In this document: positions 1 through 8,610 of the stretch, piece after piece
How the letters are laid out: each line of letters starts with the position of its first letter
Numbering within the stretch: the stretch's first letter is position 1
NCBI GenBank assembly: GCA_947626875.1
Contig: CANQTV010000003.1
Span: 7,499-71,498 of the forward strand
DNA: 64,000 nucleotides
Reading direction: 5' to 3'
From: an uncultured Clostridia bacterium
Lineage (GTDB): Bacteria > Bacillota > Clostridia > TANB77 > CAG-508
Notes under the pieces: model-generated
Databases searched by the model: none
Told to the model about the DNA's origin: nothing
Seen by the model: the letters and a program-made list of their open reading frames with translations, nothing else
Made by a program: the position numbers and the translations under genes

Positions 1-1363
1 GGAAAATTGGATCTTCAAAATTTGGCCATACATAAGCAATATAAGTATGAGGTTGTAAATATTTTTCCTCTTGACCTGGATTAGCATCTATTCTTTTTTG
101 TGTATATTCATTTAGCCATATAAGTTCTTCATCATCTGTAATGTTATTCATTACATAACGCATTTCTTCAACTGTTAATGCTTCAAACCATGGTGTTTGA
201 TCTTGTCTTTCAGATACTACAAATTTTCCTCCGTCATATAATTTCTTATATATGTCATAACGAACTAGTGCATCTGATCTATTACTTGGATGATCAATTT
301 GTGCCCAATATCCAACTTTTGTTGCGTGTGTTAAAGAAAGTGAAATTGCCATTTTCTTATAAACATCACCTTTTGTCAATTTTGGATACCATTTATTATT
401 TGTTGGTGTTGTAACTTCAAAATCAGCTTTATATTTATTATAAAGTCTAGAAAGTTCTTTTAGTGAGTTATAATAACTTCCCCCATCTGGAGCTCCACCT
501 AACATATATAAATGAAGATTGTCTAAATCAGTCATTAACCATTTTATTGCTTCTTTATGTTCTTCACTTTGATTTACAAATGCTTGTAAAAGACCATATC
601 CAACATTATTAACAAAATTTCTTTGTAATAACAATAATTCGTCGTCACCTATTTGTTGTTGCATAGTTTTATTTTTTAAATCTTTATCATAATCTGATAC
701 TGTTTTAATAAAGTCTACATCTTCTGGTAATTTTTCCACATATCCTTCTTTATATAATTTTGCATTTCCATAAACCGCATGATCTGATGCATTATTTCCA
801 TTATTGTGACAATATAATTTTAAATAATTTGCTCCTTTAATATCTATTTCTTTAAATATTGCATTATCAGTACCTTTTAATACTTGTGGTTTTTCTTCTG
901 TTTTTAAATCCCATTTCTTGCCATCTTCAGAAGTATATATTGAAAATTTAACACCATTTCCATTAGTTCCACGGCTTTCATCTACACCAATATATGTGCT
1001 AAAAAAGTCATAATCATATTTACTAATATCATATATCAATGTTGATGTAGCATGGGCAGAAATACCTTTTAAAAAATGCATTTTCTTTCCATCTACCATT
1101 AGTGTAATTAATCCACTATTATATTGTGTTTCCAAATTACTATCTAATGTGATACTTCCCCATTCTACTGATGATTGATCTCTAATATATTCAATATCTG
1201 ACAAGTAACTACACGTATTTTCAGAAGTGCTATTTCCTGCCAAATAATAATTTTGTTCTCCTTTTATGATTTTTATGTCATGATTTTGTTCAACGTTTTT
1301 GAGCGATAAAAATACCATTGATAATAAAATTAAACTAATAATTGTTATCGATGATAACTTCAT
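1..1363 (-). CDS. secreted NPCBM-domain protein (3' end outside window)
   Basis: ATG at 1363..1361 and open frame down to base 2. Absent from the ORF track because no stop lies inside the window. Signal-like MKLSSITIISLILLSMVFL. NPCBM-like block GISAHATSTLIYDISKYDYDFFSTYIGVDESRGTNGNGVKFSIYTSEDGKKW. Confidence 0.65.
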   Translation of the reverse strand, partial: MKLSSITIISLILLSMVFLSLKNVEQNHDIKIIKGEQNYYLAGNSTSENTCSYLSDIEYIRDQSSVEWGSITLDSNLETQYNSGLITLMVDGKKMHFLKGISAHATSTLIYDISKYDYDFFSTYIGVDESRGTNGNGVKFSIYTSEDGKKWDLKTEEKPQVLKGTDNAIFKEIDIKGANYLKLYCHNNGNNASDHAVYGNAKLYKEGYVEKLPEDVDFIKTVSDYDKDLKNKTMQQQIGDDELLLLQRNFVNNVGYGLLQAFVNQSEEHKEAIKWLMTDLDNLHLYMLGGAPDGGSYYNSLKELSRLYNKYKADFEVTTPTNNKWYPKLTKGDVYKKMAISLSLTHATKVGYWAQIDHPSNRSDALVRYDIYKKLYDGGKFVVSERQDQTPWFEALTVEEMRYVMNNITDDEELIWLNEYTQKRIDANPGQEEKYLQPHTYIAYVWPNFEDPIF

Positions 1364-1645
1364 TTTTTTATTTTTAATGATTTTTTTCACCAAAATCCCT
1401 CCTTTTTCGTGCAAATATCACCATTATTATAACATATTTTTGCAATTCTGTAAATATATTCCTGCTAAATTTTTCTACTATTATATATTTTATTTTTTAC
1501 ATAAATAAATGTCTTCAAAAAATTAAAATTTGTCGAAAAATTAAAAAAAATGTATAAAATAAAAATAAAGGAAAACAATAATTAGTATACAAATACTTTT
1601 TACTTAAATCGTATTTTTAAAATATCAAGAAAGGAATTAAATAAA

Positions 1646-2767
1646 ATGAAAAAAACATTCTTATTTTCAATATTACTATTAATTGCTATAATTTTCAGTC
1701 CTAATTTTAGTAATGCTGAAACTTCTAAAGTTACTTCAGAGGATGATTTAAGATCTGCAATTGAAAATGCTTCCGCTGATAGTAATATTATTGAGTTAAC
1801 AACAGATATTGAATTAACTAAGCCAATTGAAATAACAGACAAAAATATAACAATCAATGGTAATAATTTTAGCATATCAAAAAATGCTAACACTTGGACT
1901 GCAAATGGCAGTAACAGTAGCTTAATTACAGCTGGTAAATCTGCAAAACTTACTTTATCTAATATTACTTTAAAAAATAGTGTAAAATATGGTGTACAAT
2001 CATATAATGGTGGATATGTTATTTTAGATGGTGTATCAATTTATGATTGCGGATATGGTGGAGTATTAGTAAATGCTGGAACAGTTGAAATTAGAAACTT
2101 ATCATTAGGGCACAATGGTCCAGAAAATTCTAATAATGGTATCGAAATCGCCAAAGGAAAAGAACTTCCAGATGCTGAAAATAGTAATCAGCCAAAACTA
2201 ATAATGAATGGTGTATTAAACTCTTCTCAAACTACAAATGTCATTTATCTTGCAACAAATGATAATTTGACTGAATTTTCAGTAGGAAATTCAGATACTA
2301 GCCAAGATAAGATTTTCATAAATGGAGATAAAGTAGTTTTAACAGACAAAAATAATAATGTTAAATTTGAAAGTAATGAAAATCAAAAAATACAAATGCA
2401 AGGTGAATCTTTTAAAGAAGAAGTTATAATTACTATTTACTTAATGGATAAAACAACAACAGTAACAGTACCAGTTGGAACTCTTACAACAAAAGAAGAC
2501 TTAATAAATAAAATTAATTTAGCATCACTAGGTTTATCTAACTACAATTTAGTTAATTTCTTTACAAATGCAGAATATACTACAGAATTCGATTTTTCAA
2601 CACCAATTACAACAGATACAACAATATATGCTAAACTTACAGCAACTCAAAAAGATGAAACTCCAAAAACTGGTATAGATAATAATATAAGTACTGCTTT
2701 ATTTATAATAGTAATGTGTGCATTAACAATAACTATCCTAAAAAGAAAAGATATTAAACAAGAATAA
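1646..2767 (+). CDS. sortase-anchored surface protein with parallel beta-helix-like repeats
   Basis: Signal peptide MKKTFLFSILLLIAIIFSPNFSNA. Repeated ITINGNN / LSNITLKNS / VSIYDCGYGG motifs. The C-terminal TPKTG, hydrophobic stretch and KRKDIK tail form a cell-wall sorting signal of the (S/P)PXTG type used by clostridial sortase B. Confidence 0.75.
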   Translation: MKKTFLFSILLLIAIIFSPNFSNAETSKVTSEDDLRSAIENASADSNIIELTTDIELTKPIEITDKNITINGNNFSISKNANTWTANGSNSSLITAGKSAKLTLSNITLKNSVKYGVQSYNGGYVILDGVSIYDCGYGGVLVNAGTVEIRNLSLGHNGPENSNNGIEIAKGKELPDAENSNQPKLIMNGVLNSSQTTNVIYLATNDNLTEFSVGNSDTSQDKIFINGDKVVLTDKNNNVKFESNENQKIQMQGESFKEEVIITIYLMDKTTTVTVPVGTLTTKEDLINKINLASLGLSNYNLVNFFTNAEYTTEFDFSTPITTDTTIYAKLTATQKDETPKTGIDNNISTALFIIVMCALTITILKRKDIKQE

Positions 2768-2832
2768 GATTTTTATTATAGATAGTAACTTCACTTATGT
2801 TGTTACTATCTATTATATTTTTGGAGGTTTAT

Positions 2833-3615
2833 ATGTATAAAAAATTTATTAAAAAAATAATTTACATGTTACTTATACTATTAATTTTCTGCTCAGTAAT
2901 ATATTTAATTTCATATAGTTTTGAAACATATAGTACCAAAAAGCAAAGCAATTTATTAAATGAACTTCCTATAAATGAAGATACAACTTTGCAAAATTCA
3001 GATGAGTCTTTAGATTTAGAAATAAAATCTGAAAAAATATTACGTGTTGAAGAATTGCAAAAGGAAAATTCAGATATTGTTGGATGGATTGAAATTGAAA
3101 ATACAAATATCAATTATCCAGTTTTACAAAGTTCCGATAATTATTTTTATTTAAAACGTGATTATAAAAAAAATTATTCTATAAATGGTTCTATTTTCTT
3201 AGATAAAGATTGTTATTTGAATCCTCAAAGCTGTAATTTGTTAATTTATGGACATAATAATCGTAACAATACTATGTTCCAAGATTTACTAAAATATGAA
3301 GATTTCAACTTTTATAAAACTCATTCTACCATAAATTTTACAACAAATGCTGAAGATTCAAAATACGAAATTATTGCTGTGTTTAAATCAAAGGTATATA
3401 ATAAATCAGATACTAATGTATTTAGATATTATTATTCTGCAAATATTGAAAATCAAAAAGAATACAATGAATTTGTTCAAAATTCTAAAAAATCATCTAT
3501 TTATGATACTAATAAAACTGCCGAATATGGCGAACCATTAATGACATTGTCTACATGTTCATATCATACAACTGATGGGCGTTTTGTAGTTGTTGCTAAA
3601 AAGATAATCACGTAA
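2833..3615 (+). CDS. srtB: class B sortase
   Basis: GGAGG RBS upstream of ATG 2833 (the track ORF starts earlier at 2797). N-terminal TM anchor. NYPVLQSSDNYFYLKRD and TLSTCSY (TLxTC catalytic Cys) motifs. Adjacent to a putative substrate. Confidence 0.85.
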   Translation: MYKKFIKKIIYMLLILLIFCSVIYLISYSFETYSTKKQSNLLNELPINEDTTLQNSDESLDLEIKSEKILRVEELQKENSDIVGWIEIENTNINYPVLQSSDNYFYLKRDYKKNYSINGSIFLDKDCYLNPQSCNLLIYGHNNRNNTMFQDLLKYEDFNFYKTHSTINFTTNAEDSKYEIIAVFKSKVYNKSDTNVFRYYYSANIENQKEYNEFVQNSKKSSIYDTNKTAEYGEPLMTLSTCSYHTTDGRFVVVAKKIIT

Positions 3616-5629
3616 CTATAAAAATCTTATTTCCTTTATTTATCTTAATCCCTTCAGTTGGCGTTTGTTTTTTAATTATTGTATTTTCTTTATCTAATGT
3701 TTCTTCATTTTCTTCTGTAAATCCTTCAATACTCATTTCTAAACCTACTTCCTTCAATATTTTCTCCGCTTCTTTTATAGATAACCCTATTATATTTGGT
3801 ACACTCACTTCTTCTACAACTTCCAATTCTTCTTGATTTCCTTGGCTTACTTCTAAATAAGGAAGAATTTCACTAAATATCTGTCCTCCTACTGGTGCAG
3901 CAACACCACCTCCTTGATGTCCTCCTTCCCCTGTAGGATTATATAATGTAACTAATAATACTACTTGAGGATCTTCTATTGGTGCAACTCCTAAAAATGA
4001 AGTTACATATTTATTTGTATTCACCCCATCTTCAGATGTTCCTGTTTTACCCCCAATTCTATAACCTGCTACTTTTGCATTTTTTCCTGTTCCTTCTGCT
4101 ACAACGCTTTCCATCATACTTAATACTTTTTCTGATGTTTCTTTTGAAATAGATTGCCCTTTCACTTTTACTTCTATATCCCTTTTTTCACCTGTTTGGC
4201 TATCTATAATTTGTTTCACCACCCTTGGTTGTACTAAATTCCCACCATTTGCAATACTAGATACTGCAGTTACCAATTGAATTGGTGTAATTTCAAATCT
4301 TTGCCCAAAACTAATTGTAGCTAATTCTACTGGTCCTGCTTTTTCTTCCTTTAGAAAAATACTTCCACCTTCTCCTGGTAAATCAATACCGGTTCTTTCT
4401 AGTAATCCAAATTTTTGTAAATAACTATAGTATGTATGCACTCCTAGTTTTTGACCTAAACCAATAAATACAGGATTACATGAATTCATTAGTGCTTGCC
4501 TCAAACTTTCTGAGCCATGTGGTCTATAATATCTCCAACATTTAATACGAACTCCAGCTACTTCTATTGAACCTGTACATGCAAATTCTCCACTATTATC
4601 TGTATCTGTAATTCCTTCTTCTAATGCTGCAGATGATGTAATTGTTTTGAATGTAGAACCAGGTTCATATGTATCTGCTATTGCTTTGTTTCTCCAAACT
4701 GCTTGTAAGTTTTTTGTTTTTTCTCCCTGTTCCAATATACTCCATATACCTTGCAATTCTTCGGTATATGCTGAATATGGATCATTTAGATTATAATTTG
4801 GATATGTTGCCATTGCTAAAATATCTCCAGTTTTTGGATTCATTGCAATAACATTTCCACCATCTGTACACTGATTGTCAATACATGCTTCCTCTAAATA
4901 TTTTTCAACAATTGATTGTATATTATAGTCAATTGATAATATTAAATCATTACCATCAATAGCTGAGACATAATGTTCTCCTTCTTCTCCTATTTCAGTA
5001 CCTTTTGCATCTGTATGCCTTTGTATTGAACCTTTTTTCCCCGCTAGCTCTGCCTCATATTTTGCTTCTATTCCATCCAGTCCTTGATTGTCACTTCCAC
5101 AAAATCCAATAATTTGTGAAGCAAGTGTATTGCTTGGATAATATCTTTTTGTATCTTCATCTATATTTACACCTGTATCTATATTGTTTTCCTGTAGCCA
5201 TATTCTTAGTTCATCTGTTTTTTCTTTTTCCACCTTTTTTGCAATTGTTTCAATTGAACTCCTTTTGCTAACCTTTTTTAATGTTGTTTCATAATCTAAT
5301 TCAAATAATTCTGACAATTTTCTAGCTACTTTTTCTTTGTCATCTTTGGCAATATTTCCTGGATTCACCGTTATTGTCTCTACTGTGCTACTTATTGCTA
5401 AAATATGTTCCCCTGTTGCATCATAAATTGTCCCTCTTTTTGGGTTTATATTTCTATTTAATGTTTGTTGATCATATGCCATTTGTGATAATTCTGGTCC
5501 TTGAATAATTTGAATATATCCTATTCTTCCAATTAAAATTGTAAATACAATAAAAGCTATAAATAAAACATTTCTCATTCTCTTTTTTATTGATATTTTA
5601 CTTGTAACTGTTTTCATCATAAAAAACAC
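3608..5629 (-). CDS. class B penicillin-binding protein / division transpeptidase (FtsI/PBP2B/SpoVD type) with C-terminal PASTA domain
   Basis: STFK (SxxK), SCN (SxN) and KTGT (KTG) motifs. PASTA-like VSVPNIIGLSIKEAEKILKEVGL. Positioned after ftsL-like in the mraZ-rsmH-ftsL-pbp order. Confidence 0.9.
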   Translation of the reverse strand: MFFMMKTVTSKISIKKRMRNVLFIAFIVFTILIGRIGYIQIIQGPELSQMAYDQQTLNRNINPKRGTIYDATGEHILAISSTVETITVNPGNIAKDDKEKVARKLSELFELDYETTLKKVSKRSSIETIAKKVEKEKTDELRIWLQENNIDTGVNIDEDTKRYYPSNTLASQIIGFCGSDNQGLDGIEAKYEAELAGKKGSIQRHTDAKGTEIGEEGEHYVSAIDGNDLILSIDYNIQSIVEKYLEEACIDNQCTDGGNVIAMNPKTGDILAMATYPNYNLNDPYSAYTEELQGIWSILEQGEKTKNLQAVWRNKAIADTYEPGSTFKTITSSAALEEGITDTDNSGEFACTGSIEVAGVRIKCWRYYRPHGSESLRQALMNSCNPVFIGLGQKLGVHTYYSYLQKFGLLERTGIDLPGEGGSIFLKEEKAGPVELATISFGQRFEITPIQLVTAVSSIANGGNLVQPRVVKQIIDSQTGEKRDIEVKVKGQSISKETSEKVLSMMESVVAEGTGKNAKVAGYRIGGKTGTSEDGVNTNKYVTSFLGVAPIEDPQVVLLVTLYNPTGEGGHQGGGVAAPVGGQIFSEILPYLEVSQGNQEELEVVEEVSVPNIIGLSIKEAEKILKEVGLEMSIEGFTEENEETLDKENTIIKKQTPTEGIKINKGNKIFIVT

Positions 5630-5670
5630 CTCTAATAATATTTATTAAAGGTGCGTTTTTTTATTCTTTT

Positions 5671-6177
5671 CTATTTTTGAAAAATCCAGTCAACTATTTT
5701 TTCAAACCAATTCTTTTGTTCTTCTAATACTACTTTCTCCGTTGCTGCTTCTACATAATCTTTCTTTGGTAGACTAATATGTACTGTTTGTTTATTTGTT
5801 AATTTTTGCATTCCTAATTTTTCTTTTGCTTCTTTTTCTATATTACTTAAGTTTAATCCATTTACAATGTTTATCTTTAGTTGCTCATTTTCTTTTTCTA
5901 ATGTAGCTAACTGCTTTTTTTGATTTTGCATTTCATTAAATTTTACGTTTATTTGAGAGTTTCTATACCCAATGGCTAATAATATAGCAAATACAAATAC
6001 TGCTAACAATGTAGTTTGTAATTGCTTTTTTCTTTGTGCTTTTGATATTTTTACATCTTGTCTTGGTACATCTTTTACGACCTTTAACTTTGGCTTTTTT
6101 TCCATTTTCTGTTTTTTAGGTTTCTCTGTTGCTATTTTTCTTGGACTTGTACCATATTGATATGTCGGTTTTGCCAT
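5671..6177 (-). CDS. ftsL: FtsL-like cell division protein (single TM plus coiled coil)
   Basis: Basic N-terminus, TM segment TTLLAVFVFAILLAIGY, and coiled coil NEMQNQKKQLATLEKENEQLK. Lies between rsmH and the PBP. Confidence 0.55.
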   Translation of the reverse strand: MAKPTYQYGTSPRKIATEKPKKQKMEKKPKLKVVKDVPRQDVKISKAQRKKQLQTTLLAVFVFAILLAIGYRNSQINVKFNEMQNQKKQLATLEKENEQLKINIVNGLNLSNIEKEAKEKLGMQKLTNKQTVHISLPKKDYVEAATEKVVLEEQKNWFEKIVDWIFQK

Positions 6178-6198
6178 GGGTTTCCCTCCCTTCTTTTG

Positions 6199-7128
6199 TT
6201 ATTCTTTTTCAAATATCCTTAGTTTTGCACTTTTACTTCTTCCGTTTTCTTTTTGTTCTTCTTTTGTTGGTATCATTGGTTTCTTTGTAATTATTTTTCC
6301 TAATTGTTTTGCTCCACATACACAATATGGTAAATCTGGTGGACATGTGCACTTTCCTTTTGCTTCTATCATTGCATTTTTTACTGCTCTATCCTCTAAT
6401 GAATGAAATGTTAACACACATAATCTACCTTGCTTTTTTAAGCAATTTATACAATCTAATATCGTATTGTATAGTGGGTTTATCTCATTGTTTACTTCAA
6501 TCCTAATAGCTTGAAATGTTCTTTTTGCTGGATGTCCATCGTTTTGTTTTGCTTTAGGTATTGATTTTTCTATTGTTTCTACTAATTCTTTTGTTGTTTC
6601 AATTGGTTTTTCTTTTCGTTTCTTACAGATATTCCTTGCAATTTGTTTTGCAAATCTTTCTTCCCCATATGTATATATGATATTACTTAATTTATCTTCT
6701 GTATATTGATTAACAACTATTTTTGCTGTTAATTCTTGTGTTTTATCCATCCTCATGTCTAATTCATTTTCACCTAGGTAACTAAATCCTCGATTTTTTT
6801 CATCTAGTTGATATGAAGATACTCCTAAATCCAATAAAATTCCGTCAACACACTCTATGTTCTGTTCCTTCAATATCTGCTTAATATCATCATGATTACC
6901 ATGAATATATGTAATATTTGTAAATTCTGATAAATTCTGTTTTGCTGCTTTTAACGCTTCTTCATCTCTATCTATTCCAATCAGTCTTCCTGTGCCTGCA
7001 AGTCTTTTTGCAATTTCTTTACTATGACCTGCACCTCCAAGTGTTCCATCTACATATATTCCCTGCTTTTTAATTTGTAATCCTTCTATGCACTCTTGTA
7101 ACATTACTGGTTTATGTTTAAACTCCAA
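6199..7128 (-). CDS. rsmH: 16S rRNA (cytosine1402-N4)-methyltransferase
   Basis: HKPVMLQECIEGL, DGTLGGAGHS and LTFHSLEDR motifs. Lies downstream of mraZ. Confidence 0.95.
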   Translation of the reverse strand: MEFKHKPVMLQECIEGLQIKKQGIYVDGTLGGAGHSKEIAKRLAGTGRLIGIDRDEEALKAAKQNLSEFTNITYIHGNHDDIKQILKEQNIECVDGILLDLGVSSYQLDEKNRGFSYLGENELDMRMDKTQELTAKIVVNQYTEDKLSNIIYTYGEERFAKQIARNICKKRKEKPIETTKELVETIEKSIPKAKQNDGHPAKRTFQAIRIEVNNEINPLYNTILDCINCLKKQGRLCVLTFHSLEDRAVKNAMIEAKGKCTCPPDLPYCVCGAKQLGKIITKKPMIPTKEEQKENGRSKSAKLRIFEKE

Positions 7129-7221
7129 TTTTGCACCTCTTGCTATAAATGCTTTTATACAGCTGGCTTTACACCAGCTGTTTTATCAATTGTATTTTAT
7201 GATACTTTTGTATTTTTAAAA

Positions 7222-7350
7222 TCTTTAGTGGAGTAATCTTTGGTAAAATTTCTTTAGTACATTTTTCTTTGGTAATTTTTTCTTTCGTATTTTTTTCTTT
7301 AGTATATTTTTTCTTTTGTTTAATTTTCTTTTGTATATTTTTCTTTGGTA
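7222..7350. repeat. about 9 tandem copies of a degenerate 15-bp unit (plus strand TCTTTRGTAnnTTTT) in the mraZ-rsmH intergenic region
   Basis: Units start near 7222, 7237, 7251, 7266, 7281, 7296, 7312, 7327 and 7342. A weaker copy lies near 7205. Confidence 0.8.
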
Positions 7351-7370
7351 TCTATATAAACTTTTGCAAG

Positions 7371-7796
7371 TTATATACCTAAATTTGCCATATTCTCAGC
7401 AATTTCATCTGCTGATATTTCTTCATCGCATCTTTCCCATGTTTCCTTATTCCATATTTCCAATCTTGTTCCTACTCCTATAATAATAGCATCTTTTTCA
7501 AGTTTTGCTGCTTCTCTAAGATTGTTTGGAATTAAAAATCTTCCTTGTTTGTCAATCTCACATTCTGTAGCTCCTGATAAAAAGAATCTTACAAAGTTTC
7601 TTGCATTTTTATCTGATAGTGGTAGGCTTTTTAATTTTTCTTCAAAATTTAACCATTCTGTTTGAGAGAATGCAAATAGACATCCATCTAATCCTTTTGT
7701 TAGGATGAACTTGTCCCCTATGTCCTGTCTTAATTTTGCTGGCATTATCAACCTTCCCTTTACATCCAAGGAATGGCTGTATTCCCCCATTAACAT
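7371..7796 (-). CDS. mraZ: transcriptional regulator MraZ
   Basis: [23 protein letters not shown] and [14 protein letters not shown] (duplicated SpoVT/AbrB-like halves). RBS AGAGGTG upstream. Confidence 0.95.
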   Translation of the reverse strand: MLMGEYSHSLDVKGRLIMPAKLRQDIGDKFILTKGLDGCLFAFSQTEWLNFEEKLKSLPLSDKNARNFVRFFLSGATECEIDKQGRFLIPNNLREAAKLEKDAIIIGVGTRLEIWNKETWERCDEEISADEIAENMANLGI

Positions 7797-7810
7797 TGGT
7801 TTTCACCTCT

Positions 7811-7850
7811 CTCCACTTTTCTACCACTTTGTACCACTTCTTACCACTTC
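7811..7850 (-). promoter_or_regulatory. candidate MraZ operator: four direct AAGTGG(T/A) repeats at 10-bp spacing
   Basis: The minus strand reads GAAGTGGTAA GAAGTGGTAC AAAGTGGTAG AAAAGTGGAG, between the -10 box and the mraZ RBS. MraZ is known to bind arrays of short direct repeats in its own promoter. Confidence 0.6.
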
Positions 7851-7856
7851 ACCTAA

Positions 7857-7885
7857 ATTTTAATACAACTTTTTTTATTTTGCAA
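7857..7885 (-). promoter_or_regulatory. candidate sigma-A promoter of the dcw operon
   Basis: On the minus strand: TTGCAA (7885..7880), a 17-bp spacer, then TAAAAT (7862..7857). Confidence 0.5.
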
Positions 7886-7955
7886 GTGTTTTTGCAAATT
7901 TTTTTATTTTTTTTGAATTTTTATTTTTGTTATAAACATGGCATCAAAAATATAA

Positions 7956-7981
7956 GGTGCTAAAATCTTAAAATCAGCACC
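7956..7981. terminator. hairpin GGTGCT-N14-AGCACC with flanking T/A runs (bidirectional terminator candidate)
   Basis: Perfect 6-bp stem. TTTTT follows on the plus strand. Lies just downstream of the PG-binding remnant on the minus strand. Confidence 0.4.
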
Positions 7982-7990
7982 TTTTTATAA

Positions 7991-8275
7991 TCAATTAATA
8001 GTTGTATTAGTTGGTCCTGTACCTACTACTGCTTCTTGTAATGACCTCCAAGTATTACATCCTACAATTCCATCAGCTACTAATCCTCTTGATTTTTGAT
8101 AATTGATTACTGCAGTTCTTGTAGCAGTACCAAATATTCCATCTAATCCACCTGTTCTAAAACCTAATGTATTTAAATCATCTTGTGCAATTAATACATA
8201 ATTACTTAAACTTCCTCTTTTTAGTTGTGGAAATCCACCTGTACTGCATGCAGGCGAACCGAATCTTTTATGAAA
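7991..8275 (-). pseudogene. start-less peptidoglycan-binding (PG_binding_1-like) domain ORF cut off by the prophage junction
   Basis: The open frame encodes ...LSNYVLIAQDDLNTLGFRTGGLDGIFGTATRTAVINYQKSRGLVADGIVGCNTWRSLQE. It has no ATG/GTG/TTG. Its upstream end runs straight into attL, with a stop TAG at 8278..8276. Confidence 0.7.
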
Positions 8276-8294
8276 CTATAGATGATACATGCAT
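8266..8294. other. attL (core TTTTAT 8266-8271 plus phage arm AAACTATAGATGATACATGCAT 8273-8294)
   Basis: The phage arm is the exact reverse complement of 47380-47401. Confidence 0.7.
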
Positions 8295-8303
8295 GCTTCC
8301 TTT

Positions 8304-8528
8304 TTATTTCATAAAACTATATGTCGTTTGTAAGACATAATTTACAAATTTGCAAAATGACATATTTGTTATATATCTTAGCGTTATTGTACTTAACAAA
8401 TTAAACTGCATCGCAATTTTATTATATTCTTTTGCTGATATTCTTCTATCATTTAGACTTCTTATCATTAGTATGGAATGTTTATATGCTTCATCCATAT
8501 ATACCACCTCTTTATAGTAGTATATCAT
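8304..8528 (-). CDS. hypothetical phage protein at the prophage left end
   Basis: ORF from the track. The likely start is the internal Met (MDEAYKHS...). Confidence 0.4.
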   Translation of the reverse strand: MIYYYKEVVYMDEAYKHSILMIRSLNDRRISAKEYNKIAMQFNLLSTITLRYITNMSFCKFVNYVLQTTYSFMK

Positions 8529-8610
8529 ATTTTTCTAATCTTTTGTGTCAAAAAATGTCGAAAAAACAAAAAAAGGTAGACTAGATATAATTCTAGTCTA
8601 CCTTACAATT

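Noticed and set aside
7222-7350. Possible CRISPR array
   Set aside because: The units are only 15 bp, degenerate and directly abutting without spacers. No cas genes are present.
7991-8275. Simple in-frame restoration of an M15-PG-binding fusion gene on prophage excision
   Set aside because: The reconstructed attB keeps the TAA of the peptidase gene, and the PG-binding frame is offset by +1.
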